Shown piece by piece: positions 11,601 to 25,230 of a stretch of DNA of 64,000 nt; positions within the stretch are counted from its first letter, which is position 1; the number at the start of each line of letters is the position of its first letter. The stretch lies in the NCBI RefSeq assembly GCF_009914755.1, contig NC_060942.1; one strand, written 5' to 3'. A model generated the notes under the pieces. That model was not told where the DNA came from. It did not search any database and saw only the letters and a program-made list of their open reading frames with translations. Source of the DNA: the human T2T-CHM13v2.0 reference genome, Homo sapiens. The position numbers were made by a program, and so were the translations under genes.

Positions 11601-14600
11601 GCGCTTTCAGGCCTATGTTGGAAAGGGAAATATCTTCCGGTAACAACTAGGCAGAAGCATTCTCAGAAACTTATTTGAGATGTGTGTACTCAACTAAGAG
11701 AATTGAACCACCGTTTTGAAGGAGCAGTTTTGAAACACTCTTTTTCTGGAATCTGCAAGAGGATATTTGCCTAGCTTTGAGGATTTCGTTGGAAACGGGA
11801 TTGTGTTCAGATCAAATCTAGACAGAAGCATTCTCAGAAACTTCTTTGGGATGTTTGCATTCAAGTCACAGAGTAGAACATTCCCTTTGGTAGAGCAGGT
11901 GTGAAACACTCTTTTTTTAGTATATGGAAGTGGACATTTGGAGCGCTTTCAGGCCTACGTTGGAAAAGGAAATATCTTCCCATAACAACTAGACAGAAGC
12001 ATTCTCAGAAACTAGTTTCTGATGTGTGTCCTCAACTAACACAGTTGAACATTTCTTTAGACAGAACAGTTTTGAAACTCTCTTTTTGTGGAATCTGCAA
12101 GTGGCTATTTGGCTAGATTTGAGGATTTCGTTGGAAACGGGATTACATATAAAAAGCAGACAGCAGCATTCTCAGAAAGTTCTTTGTGATGATTGCATTC
12201 AAGTCACAGAATTGAACATTCCCTTTCACAGAGCAGGTTTGAAACACTCTTTTTGTAGTGTGTGTAAGTGGACATTTGGAGCACTTTCCGGCCTAAGGTG
12301 AGAAAGGAAATATCTTCCCATAAAAACTAGACAGAAGCATTCTCAGAAACTTACTCGTGATGTGTGTCCTCAACTAAAGGAGTAGAACCTTTCTTTCATA
12401 GAGAAGTTTTGAAACGCTCTTTTTGTGGAATCTGCAAGTGGATATTTGGCTAGTTTGGAGGATTTCGTTGGAAGCGGGAATTCATACAAATTGCAGACTG
12501 CAGCGTTCTGAGAAACATCTTTGTGATGTTTGTATTCAGGACACAGAGTTGAACATTCCCTATCATAGAGCAGGTTGGAATCACTCCTTTTGTAGTATCT
12601 GGAAGTGGACATTTGGAGCGCTTTCAGGCCTATGTTGGAAAAGGAAATATCTTCCCATAACAACTAGACAGAAGCATTCTCAGAAACTTATTTGAGATGT
12701 GTGTACTCAACTAAGAGAATTGAACCACCGTTTTGAAGGAGCAGTTTTGAAACACTCTTTTTCTGGAATCTGCAAGTGGATATTTGGCTAGCTTTGGGGA
12801 TTTCGCTGGAGGCGGGAATACATATAAAAAGCACACAGCAGCGTTCTGAGAAACTGCTTTCTGATGTTTGCATTCAAGTCAAAAGTTGAACACTCCCTTT
12901 CATAGAGCAGTCCTGAAACACTCCTTTTGTAGTATCTGGAACTGGACTTTTGGAGCGCTTTCAGGGCTAAGGTGAAAAAGGAAATATCTTCCCATAAAAA
13001 CTGGACAGAAGCATTCTCAGAAACTTGTTTATGCTGTATCTACTCAACTAACAAAGTTGAACCTTTCTTTTGATAGAGCAGTTTTGAAATGCTCTTTTTG
13101 TGGAATCTGCAAGTGGATATTTGGCTAGTTTTGAGGATTTCGTTGGAAGCGGGAATTCATACAAATTGCAGACTGCAGCGTTCTGAGAAACATCTTTGTG
13201 ATGTTTGCATTCAGGACAGAGAGTTGAACATTCCCTATCATAGAGCAGGTTGGAATCACTCCTTTTGTAGTATCTGGAAGTGGACATTTGGAGCGCTTTC
13301 TGGCCTATGTTGAAAAAGGAAATATCTTCCCATAACAACTAGACACAAGCATTCTCAGAAACTTGTTTGTGATGTGTGCCCTCTACTGACAGAGTTGAAC
13401 CTTTCTTTTCATAGAGCAGTTTTGAAACACTCTTTTTGTAGAATCTGCAAGAGGATTTTTGCATAGCTTTGAGGATTTCGTGGGAAACGGGATTGTCTTC
13501 AGGTAAAATCTAGACAGAAGCATTCTCAGAAACTTCTTTGGGATGTTTGCATTCAAGTCACAGAGTAGAACATTCCCTTTGGTAGAGCAGGTTTGAAACA
13601 CTCTTTTTGTAGTATCTGGAAGTGGACATTTGGAGCGCTTTCAGGCCTATGTTGGAAAGGGAAATATCTTCCGGTAACAACTAGGCAGAAGCATTCTCAG
13701 AAACTTATTTGAGATGTGTGTACTCAACTAAGAGAATTGAACCACCGTTTTGAAGGAGCAGTTTTGAAACACTCTTTTTCTGGAATCTGCAAGAGGATAT
13801 TTGCCTAGCTTTGAGGATTTCGTTGGAAACGGGATTGTGTTCAGATCAAATCTAGACAGAAGCATTCTCAGAAACTTCTTTGGGATGTTTGCATTCAAGT
13901 CACAGAGTAGAACATTCCCTTTGGTAGAGCAGGTGTGAAACACTCTTTTTTTAGTATATGGAAGTGGACATTTGGAGCGCTTTCAGGCCTACGTTGGAAA
14001 AGGAAATATCTTCCCATAACAACTAGACAGAAGCATTCTCAGAAACTAGTTTCTGATGTGTGTCCTCAACTAACACAGTTGAACATTTCTTTAGACAGAA
14101 CAGTTTTGAAACTCTCTTTTTGTGGAATCTGCAAGTGGCTATTTGGCTAGATTTGAGGATTTCGTTGGAAACGGGATTACATATAAAAAGCAGACAGCAG
14201 CATTCTCAGAAAGTTCTTTGTGATGATTGCATTCAAGTCACAGAATTGAACATTCCCTTTCACAGAGCAGGTTTGAAACACTCTTTTTGTAGTGTGTGTA
14301 AGTGGACATTTGGAGCACTTTCCGGCCTAAGGTGAGAAAGGAAATATCTTCCCATAAAAACTAGACAGAAGCATTCTCAGAAACTTACTCGTGATGTGTG
14401 TCCTCAACTAAAGGAGTAGAACCTTTCTTTCATAGAGAAGTTTTGAAACGCTCTTTTTGTGGAATCTGCAAGTGGATATTTGGCTAGTTTGGAGGATTTC
14501 GTTGGAAGCGGGAATTCATACAAATTGCAGACTGCAGCGTTCTGAGAAACATCTTTGTGATGTTTGTATTCAGGACACAGAGTTGAACATTCCCTATCAT

Positions 14601-17600
14601 AGAGCAGGTTGGAATCACTCCTTTTGTAGTATCTGGAAGTGGACATTTGGAGCGCTTTCAGGCCTATGTTGGAAAAGGAAATATCTTCCCATAACAACTA
14701 GACAGAAGCATTCTCAGAAACTTATTTGAGATGTGTGTACTCAACTAAGAGAATTGAACCACCGTTTTGAAGGAGCAGTTTTGAAACACTCTTTTTCTGG
14801 AATCTGCAAGTGGATATTTGGCTAGCTTTGGGGATTTCGCTGGAGGCGGGAATACATATAAAAAGCACACAGCAGCGTTCTGAGAAACTGCTTTCTGATG
14901 TTTGCATTCAAGTCAAAAGTTGAACACTCCCTTTCATAGAGCAGTCCTGAAACACTCCTTTTGTAGTATCTGGAACTGGACTTTTGGAGCGCTTTCAGGG
15001 CTAAGGTGAAAAAGGAAATATCTTCCCATAAAAACTGGACAGAAGCATTCTCAGAAACTTGTTTATGCTGTATCTACTCAACTAACAAAGTTGAACCTTT
15101 CTTTTGATAGAGCAGTTTTGAAATGCTCTTTTTGTGGAATCTGCAAGTGGATATTTGGCTAGTTTTGAGGATTTCGCTGGAAGCGGGAATTCATACAAAT
15201 TGCAGACTGCAGCGTTCTGAGAAACATCTTTGTGATGTTTGTATTCAGGACACAGAGTTGAACATTCCCTATCATAGAGCAGGTTGGAATCACTCCTTTT
15301 GTAGTATCTGGAAGTGGACATTTGGAGCGCTTTCAGGCCTATGTTGAAAAAGGAAATATCTTCCCATAACAACTAGACACAAGCATTCTCAGAAACTTGT
15401 TTGTGATGTGTGCCCTCTACTGACAGAGTTGAACCTTTCTTTTCATAGAGCAGTTTTGAAACACTCTTTTTGTAGAATCTGCAAGAGGATATTTGCATAG
15501 CTTTGAGGATTTCGTGGGAAACGGGATTGTCTTCAGGTAAAATCTAGACAGAAGCATTCTCAGAAACTTCTTTGGGATGTTTGCATTCAAGTCACAGAGT
15601 AGAACATTCCCTTTGGTAGAGCAGGTTTGAAACACTCTTTTTGTAGTATCTGGAAGTGGACATTTGGAGCGCTTTCAGGCCTATGTTGGAAAGGGAAATA
15701 TCTTCCCGTAACAACTAGGCAGAAGCATTCTCAGAAACTTATTTGAGATGTGTGTACTCAACTAAGAGAATTGAACCACCGTTTTGAAGGAGCAGTTTTG
15801 AAACACTCTTTTTCTGGAATCTGCAAGAGGATATTTGCCTAGCCTTGAGGATTTCGTTGGAAACGGGATTGTCTTCAGATCAAATCTAGACAGAAGCATT
15901 CTCAGAAACTTCTTTGGGATGTTTGCATTCAAGTCACAGAGTAGAACATTCCCTTTGGTAGAGCAGGTTTGAAACACTCTTTTTTTAGTATATGGAAGTG
16001 GACATTTGGAGCGCTTTCAGGCCTACGTTGGAAAAGGAAATATCTTCCCATAACAACTAGACAGAAGCATTCTCAGAAACTAGTTTCTGATGTGTGTCCT
16101 CAACTAACACAGTTGAACATTTCTTTAGACAGAACAGTTTTGAAACACTCTTTTTGTGGAATCTGCAAGTGGCTATTTGGCTAGATTTGAGGATTTCGTT
16201 GGAAACGGGATTACATATAAAAAGCAGACAGCAGCATTCTCAGAAAGTTCTTTGTGATGATTGCATTCAAGTCACAGAATTGAACATTCCCTTTCACAGA
16301 GCAGGTTTGAAACACTCTTTTTGTAGTGTGTGTAAGTGGACATTTGGAGCACTTTCCGGCCTAAGGTGAAAAAGGAAATATCTTCCCATAAAAACTAGAC
16401 AGAAGCACTCTCAGAAACTTACTCGTGATGTGTGTCCTCAACTAAAGGAGTAGAACCTTTCTTTTCATAGAGAAGTTTTGAAACGCTCTTTTTGTGGAAT
16501 CTGCAAGTGGATATTTGGCTACTTTGGAGGATTTCGTTGGAAGCGGGAATTCATACAAATTGCAGACTGCAGCGTTCTGAGAAACATCTTTGTGATGTTT
16601 GTATTCAGGACACAGAGTTGAACATTCCCTATCATAGAGCAGGTTTGAATCACTCCTTTTGTAGTATCTGGAAGTGGACATTTGGAGCGCTTTCAGGCCT
16701 ATGTTGGAAAAGGAAATATCTTCCCATAACAACTAGACAGAAGCATTCTCAGAAACTTATTTGAGATGTGTGTACTCAACTAAGAGAATTGAACCACCGT
16801 TTTGAAGGAGCAGTTTTGAAACACTCTTTTTCTGGAATCTGCAAGTGGATATTTGGCTAGCTTTGGGGATTTCGCTGGAAGCGGGAATACATATAAAAAG
16901 CACACAGCAGCGTTCTGAGAAACTGCTTTCTGATGTTTGCATTCAAGTCAAAAGTTGAACACTCCCTTTCATAGTGCAGTCCTGAAACACTCCTTTTGTA
17001 GTATCTGGAACTGGACTTTTGGAGCGCTTTCAGGGCTAAGGTGAAAAAGGAAATATCTTCCCATAAAAACTGGACAGAAGCATTCTCAGAAACTTGTTTA
17101 TGCTGTATCTACTCAACTAACAAAGTTGAACCTTTCTTTTGATAGAGCAGTTTTGAAATGCTCTTTTTGTGGAATCTGCAAGTGGATATTTGGCTAGTTT
17201 TGAGGATTTCGTTGGAAGCGGGAATTCATACAAATTGCAGACTGCAGCGTTCTGAGAAACATCTTTGTGATGTTTGTATTCAGGACAGAGAGTTGAACAT
17301 TCCCTATCATAGAGCAGGTTGGAATCACTCCTTTTGTAGTATCTGGAAGTGGACATTTGGAGCGCTTTCAGGCCTATGTTGAAAAAGGAAATATCTTCCC
17401 ATAACAACTAGACACAAGCATTCTCAGAAACTTGTTTGTGATGTGTGCCCTCTACTGACAGAGTTGAACCTTTCTTTTCATAGAGCAGTTTTGAAACACT
17501 CTTTTTGTAGAATCTGCAAGAGGATATTTGCATAGCTTTGAGGATTTCGTGGGAAACGGGATTGTCTTCAGGTAAAATCTAGACAGAAGCATTCTCAGAA

Positions 17601-19009
17601 ACTTCTTTGGGATGTTTGCATTCAAGTCACAGAGTAGAACATTCCCTTTGGTAGAGCAGGTTTGAAACACTCTTTTTGTAGTATCTGGAAGTGGACATTT
17701 GGAGCGCTTTCAGGCCTATGTTGGAAAGGGAAATATCTTCCCGTAACAACTAGGCAGAAGCATTCTCAGAAACTTATTTGAGATGTGTGTACTCAACTAA
17801 GAGAATTGAACCACCGTTTTGAAGGAGCAGTTTTGAAACACTCTTTTTCTGGAATCTGCAAGACGATATTTGCCTAGCCTTGAGGATTTCGTTGGAAACG
17901 GGATTGTCTTCAGATCAAATCTAGACAGAAGCATTCTCAGAAACTTCTTTGGGATGTTTGCATTCAAGTCACAGAATAGAACATTCCCTTTGGTAGAGCA
18001 GGTTTGAAACACTCTTTTTTTAGTATATGGAAGTGGACATTTGGAGCGCTTTCAGGCCTACGTTGGAAAAGGAAATATCTTCCCATAACAACTAGACAGA
18101 AGCATTCTCAGAAACTAGTTTCTGATGTGTGTCCTCAACTAACACAGTTGAACATTTCTTTAGACAGAACAGTTTTGAAACACTCTTTTTGTGGAATCTG
18201 CAAGTGGCTATTTGGCTAGATTTGAGGATTTCGTTGGAAACGGGATTACATATAAAAAGCAGACAGCAGCATTCTCAGAAAGTTCTTTGTGATGATTGCA
18301 TTCAAGTCACAGAATTGAACAATCCCTTTCACAGAGCAGGTTTGAAACACTCTTTTTGTAGTGTGTGTAAGTGGACATTTGGAGCACTTTCCGGCCTAAG
18401 GTGAAAAAGGAAATATCTTCCCATAAAAACTAGACAGAAGCACTCTCAGAAACTTACTCGTGATGTGTGTCCTCAACTAAAGGAGTAGAACCTTTCTTTT
18501 CATAGAGAAGTTTTGAAACGCTCTTTTTGTGGAATCTGCAAGTGGATATTTGGCTAGTTTGGAGGATTTCCTTGGAAGCGGGAATTCATACAAATTGCAG
18601 ACTGCAGCGTTCTGAGAAACATCTTTGTGATGTTTGTATTCAGGACACAGAGTTGAACATTCCCTATCATAGAGCAGGTTTGAATCACTCCTTTTGTAGT
18701 ATCTGGAAGTGGACATTTGGAGCGCTTTCAGGCCTATGTTGGAAAAGGAAATATCTTCCCATAACAACTAGACAGAAGCATTCTCAGAAACTTATTTGAG
18801 ATGTGTGTACTCAACTAAGAGAATTGAACCACCGTTTTGAAGGAGCAGTTTTGAAACACTCTTTTTCTGGAATCTGCAAGTGGATATTTGGCTAGCTTTG
18901 GGGATTTCGCTGGAAGCGGGAATACATATAAAAAGCACACAGCAGCGTTCTGAGAAACTGCTTTCTGATGTTTGCATTCAAGTCAAAAGTTGAACACTCC
19001 CTTTCATAG
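2640..19009 (+). repeat. Tandem duplication of a 4-HOR block (period 8,138 bp)
   Basis: Private variants recur exactly 8,138 bp apart (ORF-track pairs 3211/11349, 4232/12370, 4910/13048, 6944/15082, 8304/16442, 9659/17797, 10339/18477). Bounded by mismatches at 2639/10777 and 10872/19010. Confidence 0.92.
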
Positions 19010-20475
19010 TGCAGTCCTGAAACACTCCTTTTGTAGTATCTGGAACTGGACTTTTGGAGCGCTTTCAGGGCTAAGGTGAAAAAGGAAATATCTTCCCATA
19101 AAAACTGGACAGAAGCATTCTCAGAAACTTGTTTATGCTGTATCTACTCAACTAACAAAGTTGAACCTTTCTTTTGATAGAGCAGTTTTGAAATGCTCTT
19201 TTTGTGGAATCTGCAAGTGGATATTTGGCTAGTTTTGAGGATTTCGTTGGAAGCGGGAATTCATACAAATTGCAGACTGCAGCGTTCTGAGAAACATCTT
19301 TGTGATGTTTGTATTCAGGACAGAGAGTTGAACATTCCCTATCATAGAGCAGGTTGGAATCACTCCTTTTGTAGTATCTGGAAGTGGACATTTGGAGCGC
19401 TTTCAGGCCTATGTTGAAAAAGGAAATATCTTCCCATAACAACTAGACACAAGCATTCTCAGAAACTTGTTTGTGATGTGTGCCCTCTACTGACAGAGTT
19501 GAACCTTTCTTTTCATAGAGCAGTTTAGAAACACTCTTTTTGTAGAATCTGCAAGAGGATATTTGCATAGCTTTGAGGATTTCGTGGGAAACGGGATTGT
19601 CTTCAGGTAAAATCTAGACAGAAGCATTCTCAGAAACTTCTTTGGGATGTTTGCATTCAAGTCACAGAGTAGAACATTCCCTTTGGTAGAGCAGGTTTGA
19701 AACACTCTTTTTGTAGTATCTGGAAGTGGACATTTGGAGCGCTTTCAGGCCTATGTTGGAAAGGGAAATATCTTCCCGTAACAACTAGGCAGAAGCATTC
19801 TCAGAAACTTATTTGAGATGTGTGTACTCAACTAAGAGAATTGAACCACCGTTTTGAAGGAGCAGTTTTGAAACACTCTTTTTCTGGAATCTGCAAGAGG
19901 ATATTTGCCTACCCTTGAGGATTTCGTTGGAAACGGGATTGTCTTCAGATCAAATCTAGACAGAAGCATTCTCAGAAACTTCTTTGGGATGTTTGCATTC
20001 AAGTCACAGAGTAGAACATTCCCTTTGGTAGAGCAGGTTTGAAACACTCTTTTTTTAGTATATGGAAGTGGACATTTGGAGTGCTTTCAGGCCTACGTTG
20101 GAAAAGGAAATATCTTCCCATAACAACTAGACAGAAGCATTCTCAGAAACTAGTTTCTGATGTGTGTCCTCAACTAACACAGTTGAACATTTCTTTAGAC
20201 AGAACAGTTTTGAAACTCTCTTTTTGTGGAATCTGCAAGTGGCTATTTGGCTAGATTTGAGGATTTCGTTGGAAACGGGATTACATATAAAAAGCAGACA
20301 GCAGCATTCTCAGAAAGTTCTTTGTGATGATTGCATTCAAGTCACAGAATTGAACATTCCCTTTCACAGAGCAGGTTTGAAACACTCTTTTTATAGTGTG
20401 TGTAAGTGGACATTTGGAGCACTTTCCGGCCTAAGGTGAAAAACGAAATATCTTCCCATAAAAACTAGATAGAAG

Positions 20476-23195
20476 CATTCTCAGAAACTTACTCGTGATG
20501 TGTGTCCTCAACTAAAGGAGTAGAACCTTTCTTTTCATAGAGAAGTTTTGAAACGCTCTTTTTGTGGAATCTGCAAGTGGATATTTGGCTAGTTTGGAGG
20601 ATTTCGTTGGAAGCGGGAATTCATACAAATTGCAGACTGCAGCGTTCTGAGAAACATCTTTGTGATGTTTGTATTCAGGACACAGAGTTGAACATTCCCT
20701 ATCATAGAGCAGGTTGGAATCACTCCTTTTGTAGTATCTGGAAGTGGACATTTGGAGCGCTTTCAGGCCTATGTTGAAAAAGGAAATATCTTCCCATAAC
20801 AACTAGACACAAGCATTCTCAGAAACTTGTTTGTGATGTGTGCCCTCTACTGACAGAGTTGAACCTTTCTTTTCATAGAGCAGTTTTGAAACACTCTTTT
20901 TGTAGAATCTGCAAGAGGATATTTGCATAGCTTTGAGGATTTCGTGGGAAACGGGATTGTCTTCAGGTAAAATCTAGACAGAAGCATTCTCAGAAACTTC
21001 TTTGGGATGTTTGCATTCAAGTCACAGAGTAGAACATTCCCTTTGGTAGAGCAGGTTTGAAACACTCTTTTTGTAGTATCTGGAAGTGGACATTTGGAGC
21101 GCTTTCAGGCCTATGTTGGAAAGGGAAATATCTTCCCGTAACAACTAGGCAGAAGCATTCTCAGAAACTTATTTGAGATGTGTGTACTCAACTAAGAGAA
21201 TTGAACCACCGTTTTGAAGGAGCAGTTTTGAAACACTCTTTTTCTGGAATCTGCAAGAGGATATTTGCCTAGCCTTGAGGATTTCGTTGGAAACCGGATT
21301 GTCTTCAGATCAAATCTAGACAGAAGCATTCTCAGAAACTTCTTTGGGATGTTTGGATTCAAGTCACAGAGTAGAACATTCCCTTTGGTAGAGCAGGTTT
21401 GAAACACTCTTTTTTTAGTATATGGAAGTGGACATTTGGAGCGCTTTCAGGCCTACGTTGGAAAAGGAAATATCTTCCCATAACAACTAGACAGAAGCAT
21501 TCTCAGAAACTAGTTTCTGATGTGTGTCCTCAACTAACACAGTTGAACATTTCTTTAGACAGAACAGTTTTGAAACTCTCTTTTTGTGGAATCTGCAAGT
21601 GGCTATTTGGCTAGATTTGAGGATTTCGTTGGAAACGGGATTACATATAAAAAGCAGACAGCAGCATTCTCAGAAAGTTCTTTGTGATGATTGCATTCAA
21701 GTCACAGAATTGAACATTCCCTTTCACAGAGCAGGTTTGAAACACTCTTTTTATAGTGTGTGTAAGTGGACATTTGGAGCACTTTCCGGCCTAAGGTGAA
21801 AAAGGAAATATCTTCCCATAAAAACTAGACAGAAGCATTCTCAGAAACTTACTCGTGATGTGTGTCCTCAACTAAAGGAGTAGAACCTTTCTTTTCATAG
21901 AGAAGTTTTGAAACGCTCTTTTTGTGGAATCTGCAAGTGGATATTTGGCTAGTTTGGAGGATTTCGTTGGAAGCGGGAATTCATACAAATTGCAGACTGC
22001 AGCGTTCTGAGAAACATCTTTGTGATGTTTGTATTCAGGACACAGAGTTGAACATTCCCTATCATAGAGCAGGTTGGAATCACTCCTTTTGTAGTATCTG
22101 GAAGTGGACATTTGGAGCGCTTTCAGGCCTATGTTGAAAAAGCAAATATCTTCCCATAACAACTAGACACAAGCATTCTCAGAAACTTGTTTGTGATGTG
22201 TGCCCGCTACTGACAGAGTTGAACCTTTCTTTTCATAGAGCAGTTTTGAAACACTCTTTTTGTAGAATCTGCAAGAGGATATTTGCATAGCTTTGAGGAT
22301 TTCGTGGGAAACGGGATTGTCTTCAGGTAAAATCTAGACAGAAGCATTCTCAGAAACTTCTTTGGGATGTTTGCATTCAAGTCGCAGAGTAGAACATTCC
22401 CTTTGGTAGAGCAGGTTTGAAACACTCTTTTTGTAGTATCTGGAAGTGGACATTTGGAGCGCTTTCAGGCCTATGTTGGAAAGGGAAATATCTTCCCGTA
22501 ACAACTAGGCAGAAGCATTCTCAGAAACTTATTTGAGATGTGTGTACTCAACTAAGAGAATTGAACCACCGTTTTGAAGGAGCAGTTTTGAAACACTCTT
22601 TTTCTGGAATCTGCAATAGGATATTTGCCTAGCCTTGAGGATTTCGTTGGAAACGGGATTGTCTTCAGATCAAATCTAGACAGAAGCATTCTCAGAAACT
22701 TCTTTGGGATGTTTGCATTCAAGTCACAGAGTAGAACATTCCCTTTGGTAGAGCAGGTTTGAAACACTCTTTTTTTAGTATATGGAAGTGGACATTTGGA
22801 GCGCTTTCAGGCCTACGTTGGAAAAGGAAATATCTTCCCATAACAACTAGACAGAAGCATTCTCAGAAACTAGTTTCTGATGTGTGTCCTCAACTAACAC
22901 AGTTGAACATTTCTTTAGACAGAACAGTTTTGAAACACTCTTTTTGTGGAATCTGCAAGTGGCTATTTGGCTAGATTTGAGGATTTCGTTGGAAACGGGA
23001 TTACATATAAAAAGCAGACAGCAGCATTCTCAGAAAGTTCTTTGTGATGATTGCATTCAAGTCACAGAATTGAACATTCCCTTTCACAGAGCAGGTTTGA
23101 AACACTCTTTTTGTAGTGTGTGTAAGTGGACATTTGGAGCACTTTCCGGCCTAAGGTGAAAAAGGAAATATCTTCCCATAAAAACTAGACAGAAG
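20476..23195 (+). repeat. Two 8-mer HOR variants (1,360 bp; a/c-d-e-f)
   Basis: Dimer a runs directly into the dimer-c ending (GTTGAAAAAG...GACACAAG) and then dimer d. Each unit is 675 bp shorter than the 12-mer. Confidence 0.93.
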
Positions 23196-25230
23196 CACTC
23201 TCAGAAACTTACTCGTGATGTGTGTCCTCAACTAAAGGAGTAGAACCTTTCTTTTCATAGAGAAGTTTTGAAACGCTCTTTTTGTGGAATCTGCAAGTGG
23301 ATATTTGGCTAGTTTGGAGGATTTCGTTGGAAGCGGGAATTCATACAAATTGCAGACTGCAGCGTTCTGAGAAACATCTTTGTGATGTTTGTATTCAGGA
23401 CACAGAGTTGAACATTCCCTATCATAGAGCAGGTTGGAATCACTCCTTTTGTAGTATCTGGAAGTGGACATTTGGAGCGCTTTCAGGCCTATGTTGGAAA
23501 AGGAAATATCTTCCCATAACAACTAGACAGAAGCATTCTCAGAAACTTATTTGAGATGTGTGTACTCAACTAAGAGAATTGAACCACCGTTTTGAAGGAG
23601 CAGTTTTGAAACACTCTTTTTCTGGAATCTGCAAGTGGATATTTGGCTAGCTTTGGGGATTTCGCTGGAAGCGGGAATACATATAAAAAGCACACAACAG
23701 CGTTCTGAGAAACTGCTTTCTGATGTTTGCATTCAAGTCAAAAGTTGAACACTCCCTTTCATAGTGCAGTCCTGAAACACTCCTTTTGTAGTATCTGGAA
23801 CTGGACTTTTGGAGCGCTTTCAGGGCTAAGGTGAAAAAGGAAATATCTTCCCATAAAAACTGGACAGAAGCATTCTCAGAAACTTGTTTATGCTGTATCT
23901 ACTCAACTAACAAAGTTGAACCTTTCTTTTGATAGAGCAGTTTTGAAACGCTCTTTTTGTGGAATCTGCAAGTGGATATTTGGCTAGTTTTGAGGATTTC
24001 GTTGGAAGCGGGAATTCATACAAATTGCAGACTGCAGCGTTCTGAGAAACATCTTTGTGATGTTTGTATTCAGGACACAGAGTTGAACATTCCCTATCAT
24101 AGAGCAGGTTGGAATCACTCCTTTTGTAGTATCTGGAAGTGGACATTTGGAGCGCTTTCAGGCCTATGTTGAAAAAGGAAATATCTTCCCATAACAACTA
24201 GACACAAGCATTCTCAGAAACTTGTTTGTGATGTGTGCCCTCTACTGACAGAGTTGAACCTTTCTTTTCATAGAGCAGTTTTGAAACACTCTTTTTGTAG
24301 AATCTGCAAGAGGATATTTGCATAGCTTTGAGGATTTCGTGGGAAACGGGATTGTCTTCAGGCAAAATCTAGACAGAAGCATTCTCAGAAACTTCTTTGG
24401 GATGTTTGCATTCAAGTCACAGAGTAGAACATTCCCTTTGGTAGAGCAGGTTTGAAACACTCTTTTTGTAGTATCTGGAAGTGGACATTTGGAGCGCTTT
24501 CAGGCCTATGTTGGAAAGGGAAATATCTTCCCGTAACAACTAGGCAGAAGCATTCTCAGAAACTTATTTGAGATGTGTGTACTCAACTAAGAGAATTGAA
24601 CCACCGTTTTGAAGGAGCAGTTTTGAAACACTCTTTTTCCGGAATCTGCAAGAGGATATTTGCCTAGCCTTGAGGATTTCGTTGGAAACGGGATTGTCTT
24701 CAGATCAAATCTAGACAGAAGCATTCTCAGAAACTTCTTTGGGATGTTTGCATTCAAGTCACAGAGTAGAACATTCCCTTTGGTAGAGCAGGTTTGAAAC
24801 ACTCTTTTTTTAGTATATGGAAGTGGACATTTGGAGCGCTTTCAGGCCTACGTTGGAAAAGGAAATATCTTCCCATAACAACTAGACAGAAGCATTCTCA
24901 GAAACTAGTTTCTGATGTGTGTCCTCAACTAACACAGTTGAACATTTCTTTAGACAGAACAGTTTTGAAACACTCTTTTTGTGGTATCTGCAAGTGGCTA
25001 TTTGGCCAGATTTGAGGATTTCGTTGGAAACGGGATTACATATAAAAAGCAGACAGCAGCATTCTCAGAAACTTCTTTGTGATGATTGCATTCAAGTCAC
25101 AGTATTGAACATTCCCTTTCACAGAGCAGGTTTGAAACACTCTTTGTATAGTGTGTGTAAGTGGACATTTGGAGCACTTTCCGGCCTAAGGTGAAAAAGG
25201 AAATATCTTCCCATAAAAACTAGACAGAAG
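23196..25230 (+). repeat. 12-mer HOR
   Basis: Dimers a-f present, 2,035 bp. Confidence 0.93.

Larger units (their letters stand above)
130..20475 (+). repeat. Run of ten canonical 12-mer HORs (2,035/2,034 bp; dimers a-b-c-d-e-f)
   Basis: Dimer-a starts at 130, 2165, 4200, 6234, 8268, 10303, 12338, 14372, 16406 and 18441. The 2,034-bp units carry a 1-bp deletion (CCTTTCTTTCATAG instead of CCTTTCTTTTCATAG) near 4257, 6291, 12395 and 14429. Confidence 0.95.
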
